Assembly (NCBI GenBank): GCA_038205685.1
Contig: JBBRBQ010000002.1
Location: 108,548-172,547 of the forward strand
Source: Cytophagales bacterium
GTDB taxonomy: Bacteria; Bacteroidota; Bacteroidia; Cytophagales; Cyclobacteriaceae
Direction of reading: 5' to 3'
DNA length: 64,000 nt
Shown here: in pieces, positions 18,185-27,839 of the stretch
How positions within the stretch are numbered: position 1 is the stretch's first letter
How the letters are laid out: each line of letters begins with the position of its first letter
Made by a program: the position numbers and the translations under genes
Notes under the pieces: generated by a model
The model's input: the letters and a program-made list of their open reading frames with translations, nothing else
The model's database searches: none
Told to the model about the DNA's origin: nothing

Positions 18185-21184
18185 ATGAATCAACTTTGGT
18201 TTTGGAAAAACTGGCAAGCCAACTACAGGCATTTGCTGTTTATAATTTCTTTGTTGGGTATTGGTTCATTAGGTCTGTTCTGGTTTACATCCTTTATTTC
18301 GCCAGCGCCAGCCATTTCCACCGAGCAATACCAGCAACTTGAAACGCAAGAGGTAGCCCTTCACACCTTTTCAATCGCAGGCATTTCACTAACTACTACT
18401 GGCGATAGCTTTCTCATCTTCGAGCAATTAAAAGGCGGGCCTTTCAAACTGAATCAGCTTACAGGTTACATTTATGTTGGTGTGCTTGCTTGCGCCATGA
18501 TTGTGTTGCTTAGCATTATTACAACACTGAGTCGCTTCTGGTATTTTGCTGGCATGGGTTTGTTCATTCTGTTTATTGTTGGGTTTAGATTAGAGGCTGT
18601 TGCGTTGTTTAATCAATCTAATAAAATTCCAACCATGGCAGTCTTGGTTTTATATGGTGGGTTGAGTTACTACTTTGCATCTTTTAATCGCACTACGAAT
18701 TTTCAAATCAGGTTAATTTCATTTGCTTTATTAACTGCGGCCTTTCTACTCTGTTTAATTTTCTTCTCTCCAGTTAAAGATCCCTTTCAACCCCTTGCTG
18801 CAAATGGTATGATTGCCGGTGTTGTGCTGAGTATCGCATTTATTTTTACAGTTGCACATGAAATACTGGCTCTGTTTGTCAACGTAATTTCTAGAGGAGT
18901 AAAACAAACCAACAGCTTAAGGCACTTTATTATTATCAGCGTAATCTACATGATCAACCTTTCGCTTACCTATGCCGAGCGCAAAGGGTTTATTCATTGG
19001 AATTTTCTTACCGTGAATTTATTCTTGCTATTAACAGTCTCAGCCATTCTCGGTGTATGGGGCTTTCGCCAACGTGAGCGTTTATATTCAAACATTTTAT
19101 CAATTGCTCCACTAGCCAGTTATTTTTTTATTGCGCTTGCTGCCGTTTGCTTTGCCACTATCTCTTTCTTTTTAGCGACTGCTAATGATCCGCCTCTTCA
19201 ATTGATGAAGGATACCATTATGTATGCGCACCTTGGCTACGGATTGATTTTTATCTGTTATGTGTTTGCCAACTTTGCGTCCATGCTTGCTGACAATCTT
19301 CAAGTTTACAAAGTACTGTACAACCCTAACACCATGCCGTACTTTACTTTTAGGCTTGCGGGGTTGATAGCAACCTTTGCCTTCTTTGCTTACTCTACTT
19401 ATTCTATCTCTGTGCATCAATTATTTGCAGGCTATTACAATGCCAATGCCGATGTTTATTCTTTTGAAGGAGATGCACAAGCTGCAGAAAGTTATTATGG
19501 TCTATCGTTAAACTATTCTAACAGAAATCACCATGCACATTATGCCCTTGCCAGCATGCAAGCACAGCAGCTTCAATTGAGCAAAGAGAAAAAGCATTAT
19601 GAATTAGCAGAAGACACAAGGCCAACTGAACTATCTTATCTCAATTTAAGTGCATCACAAGATAGAGATGGAGAAGAATTACAAGCGAACAACACATTAC
19701 TGAAAGGCCTTAGCGATTTTCCTGAAAGTGGTAAATTATTAAATGCACTTGGCTTGAGTTATGCTAAGCTTGATTTGCAAGACTCTGCATTACTCTCGAT
19801 GGATAAGGCCAAGCAGAGTTCTTCAACAAGATCGTTGGCTGAAACTAATCTTGTTGGGCTAATGGCAAAGTTCAAATTTGCTTTTCCAGCAGATTCGCTT
19901 ACTCGATTAGTTGGTCTAAATGAAAAAGGCGCGAAGACAAATGCACTAGCGTTAGCCAGTCAACAAAAAATCGAATTGGCAATTGATCTTCCGCAAGCAA
20001 AAGATTCAGTGCTTACTGTATATGAAGCCACGCTGCTCAACAACTATATTTTAAATCGGCATGAAAAAATTGACACTGCATTTCTTCATTCCATCATTAC
20101 GCTAGCAAGAAAACCTTCCAATAAATATTATAAAGCCTCTTTGCTAGAAGCGGTATCGCAAGCCTACTATGCTGTAGGTGAAGTTCAAAAAGCATTTAAC
20201 TTATTGAGCGAAAACGCATTCATCGATAAAAGCGGAAAAATGTATAATACCCTTGGTTTGTGGGCGCTTGAACAAGGCAATGCTGAAATAGCATTAGCCG
20301 AATTTAAGTATGCCTTAGATCAAAAATTTGAGGCAGGTCAATTCGGTAAAGCCCTTTCTTTATCAACACTTGCCGATGAAAAAGGTGCTACCTCTGCCTG
20401 GCAAGAACTGTTGACTTCAAGCGACACAACCTTTCGATCAATCGCTAAATCATTCCTAAAAATATATTCTACTTCAGCTAAAGAAGTAGCATCACTTAAC
20501 GATCTGCAAAAATATCAATACACTTATTTTAGAATTCCAGTGTTGGATACAATCACCTTCAATAAAGTAATTGCCACTATTGTTGATACCGATTTCAAAG
20601 CAAAAGCAATTCTTGATAGAAGTAAAAAATTATGGAGGGTAGATGAGCCTCAAGCTGCGGCCAATATGATTTCAAAGCTGCAAGACATTAACTTACAAAA
20701 TAAGATAACATACAATGACGTACTTCATTTCAATTTGCAACTGCTGGCGGCTTTGCCTGACTTGCCCACGCTAAAACAACAATTGGAAGGCGGAATCTAT
20801 TTTAAGGACTTTGAAAAAACTAATAAGGTGTATTATGAAGCTTTGCTTACAGTCTTATCAGGCAACAAAGAAGAAGCAAAAAATAAGTATGAATGGCTAT
20901 CACAGAATAATCCTTTCAATGAAGATGCAACGTTGGCAGGCATCAAGTATGTAAAACAAAACTCACCTGATAAACTAAAAGCTTTTAATAGATTAGTGAA
21001 TGCTATCTCTATCAATCCAGGTTCACCAAAAATATTAAAAGCATACATTGTGGAGGCGGCCAGTCTTGGTTTTGATGATTATGCTCAAGAATCTCTTGAC
21101 AAACTTAAAGAGATGATTAGCCCCTCGTCCTTTTCAAAGTTTATCCGGGAAAACCCAACTATTTTTCAAGTCATCCCAAATTAG
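18185..21184 (+). CDS. Large multi-pass membrane protein with C-terminal TPR-like region
   Basis: 999-aa ORF; roughly a dozen hydrophobic segments in the first ~410 aa, then helical repeats; -7 motif tatttttg at 18154-18161. Confidence 0.8.
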   Translation: MNQLWFWKNWQANYRHLLFIISLLGIGSLGLFWFTSFISPAPAISTEQYQQLETQEVALHTFSIAGISLTTTGDSFLIFEQLKGGPFKLNQLTGYIYVGVLACAMIVLLSIITTLSRFWYFAGMGLFILFIVGFRLEAVALFNQSNKIPTMAVLVLYGGLSYYFASFNRTTNFQIRLISFALLTAAFLLCLIFFSPVKDPFQPLAANGMIAGVVLSIAFIFTVAHEILALFVNVISRGVKQTNSLRHFIIISVIYMINLSLTYAERKGFIHWNFLTVNLFLLLTVSAILGVWGFRQRERLYSNILSIAPLASYFFIALAAVCFATISFFLATANDPPLQLMKDTIMYAHLGYGLIFICYVFANFASMLADNLQVYKVLYNPNTMPYFTFRLAGLIATFAFFAYSTYSISVHQLFAGYYNANADVYSFEGDAQAAESYYGLSLNYSNRNHHAHYALASMQAQQLQLSKEKKHYELAEDTRPTELSYLNLSASQDRDGEELQANNTLLKGLSDFPESGKLLNALGLSYAKLDLQDSALLSMDKAKQSSSTRSLAETNLVGLMAKFKFAFPADSLTRLVGLNEKGAKTNALALASQQKIELAIDLPQAKDSVLTVYEATLLNNYILNRHEKIDTAFLHSIITLARKPSNKYYKASLLEAVSQAYYAVGEVQKAFNLLSENAFIDKSGKMYNTLGLWALEQGNAEIALAEFKYALDQKFEAGQFGKALSLSTLADEKGATSAWQELLTSSDTTFRSIAKSFLKIYSTSAKEVASLNDLQKYQYTYFRIPVLDTITFNKVIATIVDTDFKAKAILDRSKKLWRVDEPQAAANMISKLQDINLQNKITYNDVLHFNLQLLAALPDLPTLKQQLEGGIYFKDFEKTNKVYYEALLTVLSGNKEEAKNKYEWLSQNNPFNEDATLAGIKYVKQNSPDKLKAFNRLVNAISINPGSPKILKAYIVEAASLGFDDYAQESLDKLKEMISPSSFSKFIRENPTIFQVIPN

Positions 21185-21204
21185 GCGCAACCTAAATCTC
21201 TTCT

Positions 21205-21212
21205 TACTTTTG
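21205..21212 (+). promoter_or_regulatory. -7 promoter element for gcvT
   Basis: tacttttg, 16 nt before the ATG. Confidence 0.55.
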
Positions 21213-21228
21213 CAAACATTCTTAAATC

Positions 21229-22314
21229 ATGGAAATAAAAAAAGTACCTCTCAATAATTTACATGAATCGCTTGGCGCTAAGATGGTGCCCTTTGCAGGA
21301 TATAACATGCCAGTGCGTTATTCATCTGATATTGAAGAACACAATACTGTGAGAAACGGTGTGGGTGTTTTTGATGTGAGCCACATGGGCGAGTTTACAT
21401 TGAAGGGTGCCGAAGCTCTTGATTTAATTCAGCGTGTAACTAGCAACGATGCAAGTAAATTGATAGATGGCCAAGCTCAGTATTCATGCTTGCCTAATGA
21501 GACGGGTGGAATTGTAGATGATCTTATTGTTTATAAAATTAAAGACAATGATTATCTCTTAGTTGTGAACGCATCTAACATTGAAAAAGATTGGAATTGG
21601 ATTTCTAAGTTCAACATCAAGAATGTTGAGATGAAAAATATTTCCGATTCATTATGCTTGTTTGCTGTGCAAGGGCCAAAGGCTGTTGGCGTTCTTCAAA
21701 AATTAACTTCCATTGATTTATCAACCATTAAATATTATCATTTTGCGATTGGCCCGTTTGCTGGAATCGATAATGTAATTCTCTCCAACACAGGTTATAC
21801 AGGTTCAGGTGGCTTTGAAATTTATGTACCCAACGAAGTGGCTGAGAAAATATGGAATGCGATTTTCGAAGCTGGAGCTGATGTAGGTATTAAGCCAATT
21901 GGTTTGGGCGCGCGCGATACTCTTCGCTTAGAAATGGGATTCTGTTTATATGGCAATGATATTGACGACACTACCTCACCGATAGAAGGCGGACTTGGGT
22001 GGATCACGAAATTCACTAAGGAGTTTACCAACTCAGCTGCCATTAAAAAACAAAAAGAAGAAGGCGTAACAAGAAAACTTGTTGGCTTCAAAATGATTGA
22101 TAAAGGAATACCTCGGCATGACTATCAACTCAAGAGTGCTTTGGGTGAAGTGATTGGAAAAGTAACTTCGGGCACAATGTCGCCAGTGTTAGGCATAGGC
22201 ATTGGGCTAGGATATGTTACTACTCAGTTCGCCACTCCTGGTTCAGAGATATTTGTAGATATAAGAGGCAAGGCTTTGAAAGCGGAGGTAAGTAAGATGC
22301 CGTTACTTAGTTGA
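21229..22314 (+). CDS. gcvT: Glycine cleavage system aminomethyltransferase T
   Basis: [44 protein letters not shown]. Confidence 0.98.
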   Translation: MEIKKVPLNNLHESLGAKMVPFAGYNMPVRYSSDIEEHNTVRNGVGVFDVSHMGEFTLKGAEALDLIQRVTSNDASKLIDGQAQYSCLPNETGGIVDDLIVYKIKDNDYLLVVNASNIEKDWNWISKFNIKNVEMKNISDSLCLFAVQGPKAVGVLQKLTSIDLSTIKYYHFAIGPFAGIDNVILSNTGYTGSGGFEIYVPNEVAEKIWNAIFEAGADVGIKPIGLGARDTLRLEMGFCLYGNDIDDTTSPIEGGLGWITKFTKEFTNSAAIKKQKEEGVTRKLVGFKMIDKGIPRHDYQLKSALGEVIGKVTSGTMSPVLGIGIGLGYVTTQFATPGSEIFVDIRGKALKAEVSKMPLLS

Positions 22315-22382
22315 TTCTGTAGTTCGCTAAATGAACACATCATCAACGAATTACCGAATTATCAAATCATCAAATTAATAAA

Positions 22383-23087
22383 ATGAAAACAATAGACGTT
22401 TGCCTTTCGCCAGAACTCATGCACTTATACGATGTGCGCGAAAGAACTGTTGTTGTGGTTGATATTCTACGGGCTACTTCGTGCATGGTCACAGCTTTTG
22501 CCAATGGCGTGGAGAGCATCACTCCGTTTGCCGATCTGGATCAATGTTTAAAGATGCGAACTCGCGGCTACATCACTTCTGGCGAGCGGGATGGAAAAAA
22601 AGTGGAAGGCTTTGATAAAGGCAACTCTCCTTTTGAATATTTGGACAATCAAGTGCTTGGAATGAAGCTGGCATTCACTACCACGAATGGTACACAAGCC
22701 ATCGAAAAATCGAAAGAGGCGAAAGAAGTCATTATCGGTTCATTTCTAAATCTTAATTCAGTAATAAAATACTTGTTGCTTGGAGAAAACTCCGCCTTGA
22801 TTGTTTGCGCTGGCTGGAAAGGCAGAGTGAATTTAGAAGATACACTTTTTGCAGGAGCTGTAGTTGAAAAATTGAAAGATCATTTGGGTCAAGATTGTGA
22901 TGCACCGCTTGCTGCTCAACACTTATGGAATATTGCTAAACATGATATGGCAAAATTTCTGAGCGAATCATCACACGTAAAGCGATTGAATAAACTTAAC
23001 ATCTACAAAGATTTTGAGTTTTGTTTGACAGTAGATAAATACAAAGTTTTACCTAGACTTAGTAATGGAGTATTAGTTGCTAATTGA
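22383..23087 (+). CDS. comB: 2-phosphosulfolactate phosphatase family protein
   Basis: VVVVDILRATS, GERDG, GNSP, TTTNGT, LEDTLFAG. Confidence 0.9.
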   Translation: MKTIDVCLSPELMHLYDVRERTVVVVDILRATSCMVTAFANGVESITPFADLDQCLKMRTRGYITSGERDGKKVEGFDKGNSPFEYLDNQVLGMKLAFTTTNGTQAIEKSKEAKEVIIGSFLNLNSVIKYLLLGENSALIVCAGWKGRVNLEDTLFAGAVVEKLKDHLGQDCDAPLAAQHLWNIAKHDMAKFLSESSHVKRLNKLNIYKDFEFCLTVDKYKVLPRLSNGVLVAN

Positions 23088-23088
23088 T

Positions 23089-23415
23089 TTATTTGAGTTT
23101 TGGATTTTGATGATGCCTTTCTTTATCTCTTGTATTTTTCTTTTCTAAATTTTTTTCAAAGGCTTTTGTAAGATCAACTCCAGTTTGATTCGCCAGACAA
23201 ATAACTACCCAAAGCACATCAGCCAACTCGTCACCTAAGTCGTTATTCTTATCTGATTCTTTTTCTGATTGCTCGCCATAACGCCTTGCCATGATGCGCG
23301 CCACTTCACCCACTTCTTCAGTGAGTATAGCAGTGTTGGTTAATTCATTGAAGTATCTAACGCCAGTAGTTTTGATCCATTGATCTACTTGTAGTTGGGC
23401 TTCTTTTAAAGTCAT
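23089..23415 (-). CDS. MazG-like nucleotide pyrophosphohydrolase
   Basis: LTEEVGEVAR and LGDELADVLWV motifs; 108 aa. Confidence 0.9.
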   Translation of the reverse strand: MTLKEAQLQVDQWIKTTGVRYFNELTNTAILTEEVGEVARIMARRYGEQSEKESDKNNDLGDELADVLWVVICLANQTGVDLTKAFEKNLEKKNTRDKERHHQNPKLK

Positions 23416-23702
23416 TAAGAATTAATTAACTGTTTTGCAGAGTGATGAATTCTGATTATTCCAACACTTTCTGAATTTACTTGGTAAACAACTCTATAGT
23501 TTCCAATTATTAATTCGCGGGTAGTTTCAATATTGAATTCTGGAACAACTCTTCCTAAATTAGGAAAGCTTTGAAGAATCTCTACACGTTCAACTACTTT
23601 AGAAATAAACTTATCAGCGTATACCTTTGAGTCTTTTGAAATATTCTCATAAATGCATCTCAAATCTTCTAAAGCAATTTCCGTCCAGATTATTTTTGCC
23701 AT
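23415..23702 (-). CDS. RelE/ParE family toxin
   Basis: IIWTEIALEDL, FPNLGRVVPE, RELIIGNYRVVY, IRIHH. Confidence 0.9.
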   Translation of the reverse strand: MAKIIWTEIALEDLRCIYENISKDSKVYADKFISKVVERVEILQSFPNLGRVVPEFNIETTRELIIGNYRVVYQVNSESVGIIRIHHSAKQLINS

Positions 23703-23869
23703 TCCTTTATCAACTCTTTAACGGCATCATGAGAAATAGTCCTTCCTTTATGTAAAGAATCAAGACCTCTTTCAACCTTTTCAATAAAAACTAATCGCTC
23801 CATCAATTCTTCAAGATCAAATTCTTGAGGAAGCTCTCTGACAGTTTCCATTAATTTTTCCAGCTTCAT
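23690..23869 (-). CDS. Putative antitoxin, 59 aa (not in ORF track)
   Basis: MKLEKLMETVRELPQEFDLEELMERLVFIEKVERGLDSLHKGRTISHDAVKELIKEWQK; overlaps the toxin start by 13 nt; pattern typical of RelE/ParE partners. Confidence 0.85.
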   Translation of the reverse strand: MKLEKLMETVRELPQEFDLEELMERLVFIEKVERGLDSLHKGRTISHDAVKELIKEWQK

Positions 23870-23887
23870 ATTTTTTCTGATTAAAAT

Positions 23888-26863
23888 TTACATTCCCGTC
23901 ATCACAAAAGCTCCCCAATAATAAGGCTCTTTAAACTTCAGCATTAATTGAAGTTGGGCTTGTTTGAAGGCCTGTGTTTTATTGCCTGTTTTTATCCAGT
24001 TGTTATAAAAGTTAGTCATCAAGGCTTGAGTTGCTGCATCATCTACTTTCCATAAGCTCATCAACAAAGCTTTTGCACCAGCCACTTGAAAGGCGCGTTG
24101 CAAGCCATACACACCTTCGCCCGAGCGTACATCACCTAAGCCAGTTTCGCAAGCGCTTAGCACAATCAAATCTGTTCCATCTAAATTTAAGTTCATGGCT
24201 TCATAGGCCGTAAGTACTCCGTTATCATTGCTGGCTAAGTTGGGCAGTATCTCTCCCGACAAAGTCTTAGAAGCCCCCGCCAACAATAGCCCCGATCGCA
24301 AAAGCGGATTATCTTTTGCGCTTTCTTTATTAACGCCAACGCCACTACCTTCGGTATCTTTCATAAAATATCCATGTGTGGCAATGTGAACTAATGCAGG
24401 AGCAGCAATACCTTTAAGCCTCGCTTCCGTTGCTTCCTTCTGTTCATAACGATTAATTTGATAACCCGAAGTTTTAAGAATGGCATCGATACCATTTATC
24501 TCAATTTTTGTTCCCGGTAAAGCTGCCACGGCTGTGCCTCCATAATCAGGGAAGCCCAAAAGAAAAGCTTGCTTCTTCGAGGCGCTTACTTTTCTATTTT
24601 TAAGAGCAATTAAATCTTTCGAGTTGCCAATGTTGACTAGGTCGTATTGCTTGATCACAAAATCACCATCTGTTTTTTTCAACGTGTTGGGATTGATTTC
24701 ATTATACACGCCATCCGATGAAAGGTAAATTATCTTTTTCCCTTTTATGCTTGCATCAATCTTAGCCCAATATTGATCGTACGAATATTGATCGGCTACT
24801 TTTTGTTGAATGGCGTTTCTATAAAATTTTAAATACCGTGTCTCCAATTGATTGCCATTATCAAGCACAACCAACTTCGGTACAACCGCATTTTTAGTAA
24901 GCACCAATGCCGCATATTTTGAATCGGTGGTAAAGTTTTTATCGAATGTTCGTATGCGTATTAATTCCACCAATGCTTCCGTATCACCCAACAAAGAAGC
25001 CACTTGAGAAAAACTTGTTTTCTCTGCCGAGTAGCCTTGCGAAAACTCTGCTGACCGCTGTGATAGTGAACGCTCCAATGCATTTGCCTCCTGCTCTAAG
25101 GTAGCCAAGTCGATCTTTTGTTCTTTCAATTCATCTTTTGAAAGCGAATACAATCGCGCGAGTGTTTCTTTCTTATCAAGCCAAGCTGAGTAATCCTTTA
25201 TCAATTCAACATTGCCACTTTTAAAAATAGCTTGCTTCACCTTGTTGGTGTTACTTAGCAACAAGCCTTTGGTTGCCATTTGGTAATCATAGAGTTCTTT
25301 TACTATCTCAGGATTTGTAGCCACGGCCTCCAACCCGAAATTATAAAACCGTTGGAAGCGCGGCTGCAACACATCCCAATAGCTTGTCTTCTCAGCTTCA
25401 CTCATCGGTGGAAAATAGCGATTGATAAAGTCGATTGATTTATCCATAGCAGGTTGCAAATACGTTAACGCTTTCGCGAGATCGCCTTTTTTCCAATATA
25501 AAATACCCATGTCTTCTTGTCCTTTCACAAAGTCTGGATGATTTGCATCCAACGCATTGCTGCGAATGGTGAGCGATTCACTGAGGGTTTTCTCAGCTTC
25601 ATCAAAGCGGCCTTGCATGCGATAGAAATTCCCTAAGTCGTTGAGTACTTTTGCATAGTTAGGGTTTTGGTTACCAAACTTATCGCTATACACTTTGGCT
25701 GCTTGCTTAAAATACATTTCAACTTTATCGAGCTTATTCATTTGAATGTAGAGCAACGCCAAGTTATCAAGCACACCAGCATAATAAGGATTTTTAGTTC
25801 CTAATGCTTTTTCCAATTTCAAATAAATATTTTCCGCTTCTGTATATTTCGATCCAGCTTGATATAGCAACGCTAAGTTTGATTGCAGTGCAATCTGATT
25901 TTTTATTCCCTTGTTATTTCCTTTTTCAAGATAGTCGATCGCGGTTTGTATTTTTTGAATGGCTGGTTCAATTCTTCCAATCTTAAAAAATAAAATCGCT
26001 TCGTTGTTCAACACTACCGAATGTTCTTGACTGCCTTCGCCATATTGGCTTTTGATTAAATCACTTGCTTCTTTGAAGGCCATCTCAGCTTCGTTGTAGC
26101 GGGCAGTTTCTTGATACAACACGGCCAAGTTATTCAGCGAAGAAGAATATGCTTTGCTATTTTTACCCAATGATTGCTCCCGCAACCCAAGGCCTTCTTT
26201 CGTATATAATTCAGCAGTTGAGTAACGCCCCATGGTAGCATACAACAAACCCAAGTCGGCATTGGCTTTACTGTAGTTTATGTTTTCTTTTATGTTGTTC
26301 ACTTCAAAGCCAAGCTTGGCTTCCATTAGAATAACCTCAGCCTGTTTGTAGAAACGCTTCTGATAAAGTCCTTCACCCAGATCAATGGTGTTGCGCATCT
26401 TCTGCGCAGAGGTAACTTGGTTATCGTCTTTAAGATTATTGGAAAGTAAGTCAGCTCCTTTGGTAAAATTCTCGCCAGCATCTTGAATATTCATCATACC
26501 CGAGTTATCAATCACCGAAATGGCAAAGATAAAATCAGTTGAGTCCAGCTTATCACGGGCTTTATCCGATTTGTTTTCAAAAGCTTTCTTGCCTTTGTCT
26601 TGCGCTTTTTTGAGCAAGCGATCAAACTGTGCGTATGATTGAGTTGATAGGAACCAACAACAAATAAATAAAATCCAACTACACTTTATACATAGATTTC
26701 TTTTGGCGGCCGGGCGGGCTATTCGCTCCAAGTCCGCCCACGCGCTAACCCCACCCGCTTCGGGCTTTCCGCTTCTATCCCTGGCCGAGTGCGTGGCCAC
26801 TTCCAATCTATCCACCTGTTGTAAAGTATTCACTTTGTTATAGCTCATCGTCAATTCTATCAT
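23888..26863 (-). CDS. TPR + CHAT (caspase-like) protease, paralog 1
   Basis: TPR array, then VHIATHG and VLSACETG (His/Cys dyad); start codon overlaps the upstream stop (TAATG). Confidence 0.9.
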   Translation of the reverse strand: MIELTMSYNKVNTLQQVDRLEVATHSARDRSGKPEAGGVSAWADLERIARPAAKRNLCIKCSWILFICCWFLSTQSYAQFDRLLKKAQDKGKKAFENKSDKARDKLDSTDFIFAISVIDNSGMMNIQDAGENFTKGADLLSNNLKDDNQVTSAQKMRNTIDLGEGLYQKRFYKQAEVILMEAKLGFEVNNIKENINYSKANADLGLLYATMGRYSTAELYTKEGLGLREQSLGKNSKAYSSSLNNLAVLYQETARYNEAEMAFKEASDLIKSQYGEGSQEHSVVLNNEAILFFKIGRIEPAIQKIQTAIDYLEKGNNKGIKNQIALQSNLALLYQAGSKYTEAENIYLKLEKALGTKNPYYAGVLDNLALLYIQMNKLDKVEMYFKQAAKVYSDKFGNQNPNYAKVLNDLGNFYRMQGRFDEAEKTLSESLTIRSNALDANHPDFVKGQEDMGILYWKKGDLAKALTYLQPAMDKSIDFINRYFPPMSEAEKTSYWDVLQPRFQRFYNFGLEAVATNPEIVKELYDYQMATKGLLLSNTNKVKQAIFKSGNVELIKDYSAWLDKKETLARLYSLSKDELKEQKIDLATLEQEANALERSLSQRSAEFSQGYSAEKTSFSQVASLLGDTEALVELIRIRTFDKNFTTDSKYAALVLTKNAVVPKLVVLDNGNQLETRYLKFYRNAIQQKVADQYSYDQYWAKIDASIKGKKIIYLSSDGVYNEINPNTLKKTDGDFVIKQYDLVNIGNSKDLIALKNRKVSASKKQAFLLGFPDYGGTAVAALPGTKIEINGIDAILKTSGYQINRYEQKEATEARLKGIAAPALVHIATHGYFMKDTEGSGVGVNKESAKDNPLLRSGLLLAGASKTLSGEILPNLASNDNGVLTAYEAMNLNLDGTDLIVLSACETGLGDVRSGEGVYGLQRAFQVAGAKALLMSLWKVDDAATQALMTNFYNNWIKTGNKTQAFKQAQLQLMLKFKEPYYWGAFVMTGM
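26703..26806. repeat. GC-rich REP/MITE-like repeat, copy 2, inside the CHAT ORF 5' end
   Basis: ttggcggc, cgggctattcgctccaagtccg, cttcgggctttccgcttctatccct.gccga and cacttc-caa match the element at 3863-3975. Confidence 0.8.
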
Positions 26864-27774
26864 TAAAAATTATCACTTTCTCTATACGCGGCAATCACAG
26901 CCAATTCACCTTCTTTATCTTTTTTAGAATTGCCATGCTCCATTCCATACACTCCGTTATATCCTCTGCCTGAAATGTATTTGAAAATATTTTTATAATT
27001 GATCTCGCCAGTGCCAGGTTCATTGCGGCCAGGATTATCTCCTATTTGAAAATAAGAAATCTCATCCCAGCAACGTTCAATTGTTTTTATCAAATTACCA
27101 TCGTTGCGCTGCATGTGATAGATGTCGTACAAAATTTTACAAGCCGGACTTTTCACAGCTTTACAAATCATAAACGATTGGTCAGCTCCACGCAAAAATA
27201 ATTCAGGTGTATCGCTCAAAGGTTCAAGCACCATCACCAATCCATGTGGCTCAAATACTTCAGCACCTCTTCTCAATGCTTCAATCACATTAGCAGTTTG
27301 AATATCCATCGGCAGGTTTCTATCATAGAAGCCCGGCACAATAGTCATCCATTTTGCGTTTACTCGTTTGGCGGTATCAACACACGTCTTGCACGTCTTC
27401 ACAAAATTATCAATGAATTCCTTCTTTCCAGTGGTGAGCGATGTCTTCCAGTTTTCGCCACCATCTACCACAAACACGCCCATCGTCATGCCCAATGAAG
27501 AAAGCAACTTGCCAATTTTTTCTTGATCGGCCACGCTGCGCCCCAGCATTCCATTATCTTCAATGGCCTTAAAGCCTTGATCGTTCATCCATTTAATCTG
27601 ATCAGTAAAATCCGCACCGCCATGATTTTTAAACATGCCATCGTGTGGCGCAAAGTTGAGTTTAAAAGGCTTGGCCGCTGGCAAAGCTGCTGCTTGGGAT
27701 GTGAATGTAGACGATAGCGCAGCTACCGAAGCCGCACTGGCAAAAGCATTTTTAATAAAGTTTCTTCGTTGCAT
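26863..27774 (-). CDS. Tat-exported hydroxypyruvate isomerase-like TIM-barrel protein
   Basis: MQRRNFIK twin-arginine signal; MVLEPL, LYDIYHMQ, FQIGDNPGRNEPGTGEINY. Confidence 0.88.
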   Translation of the reverse strand: MQRRNFIKNAFASAASVAALSSTFTSQAAALPAAKPFKLNFAPHDGMFKNHGGADFTDQIKWMNDQGFKAIEDNGMLGRSVADQEKIGKLLSSLGMTMGVFVVDGGENWKTSLTTGKKEFIDNFVKTCKTCVDTAKRVNAKWMTIVPGFYDRNLPMDIQTANVIEALRRGAEVFEPHGLVMVLEPLSDTPELFLRGADQSFMICKAVKSPACKILYDIYHMQRNDGNLIKTIERCWDEISYFQIGDNPGRNEPGTGEINYKNIFKYISGRGYNGVYGMEHGNSKKDKEGELAVIAAYRESDNF

Positions 27775-27839
27775 GGAATAAAGTTTTTTTGGGTGAATAA
27801 AAATTCGTGATTAATCTGGTCTAAATTACAGCAAAATTC

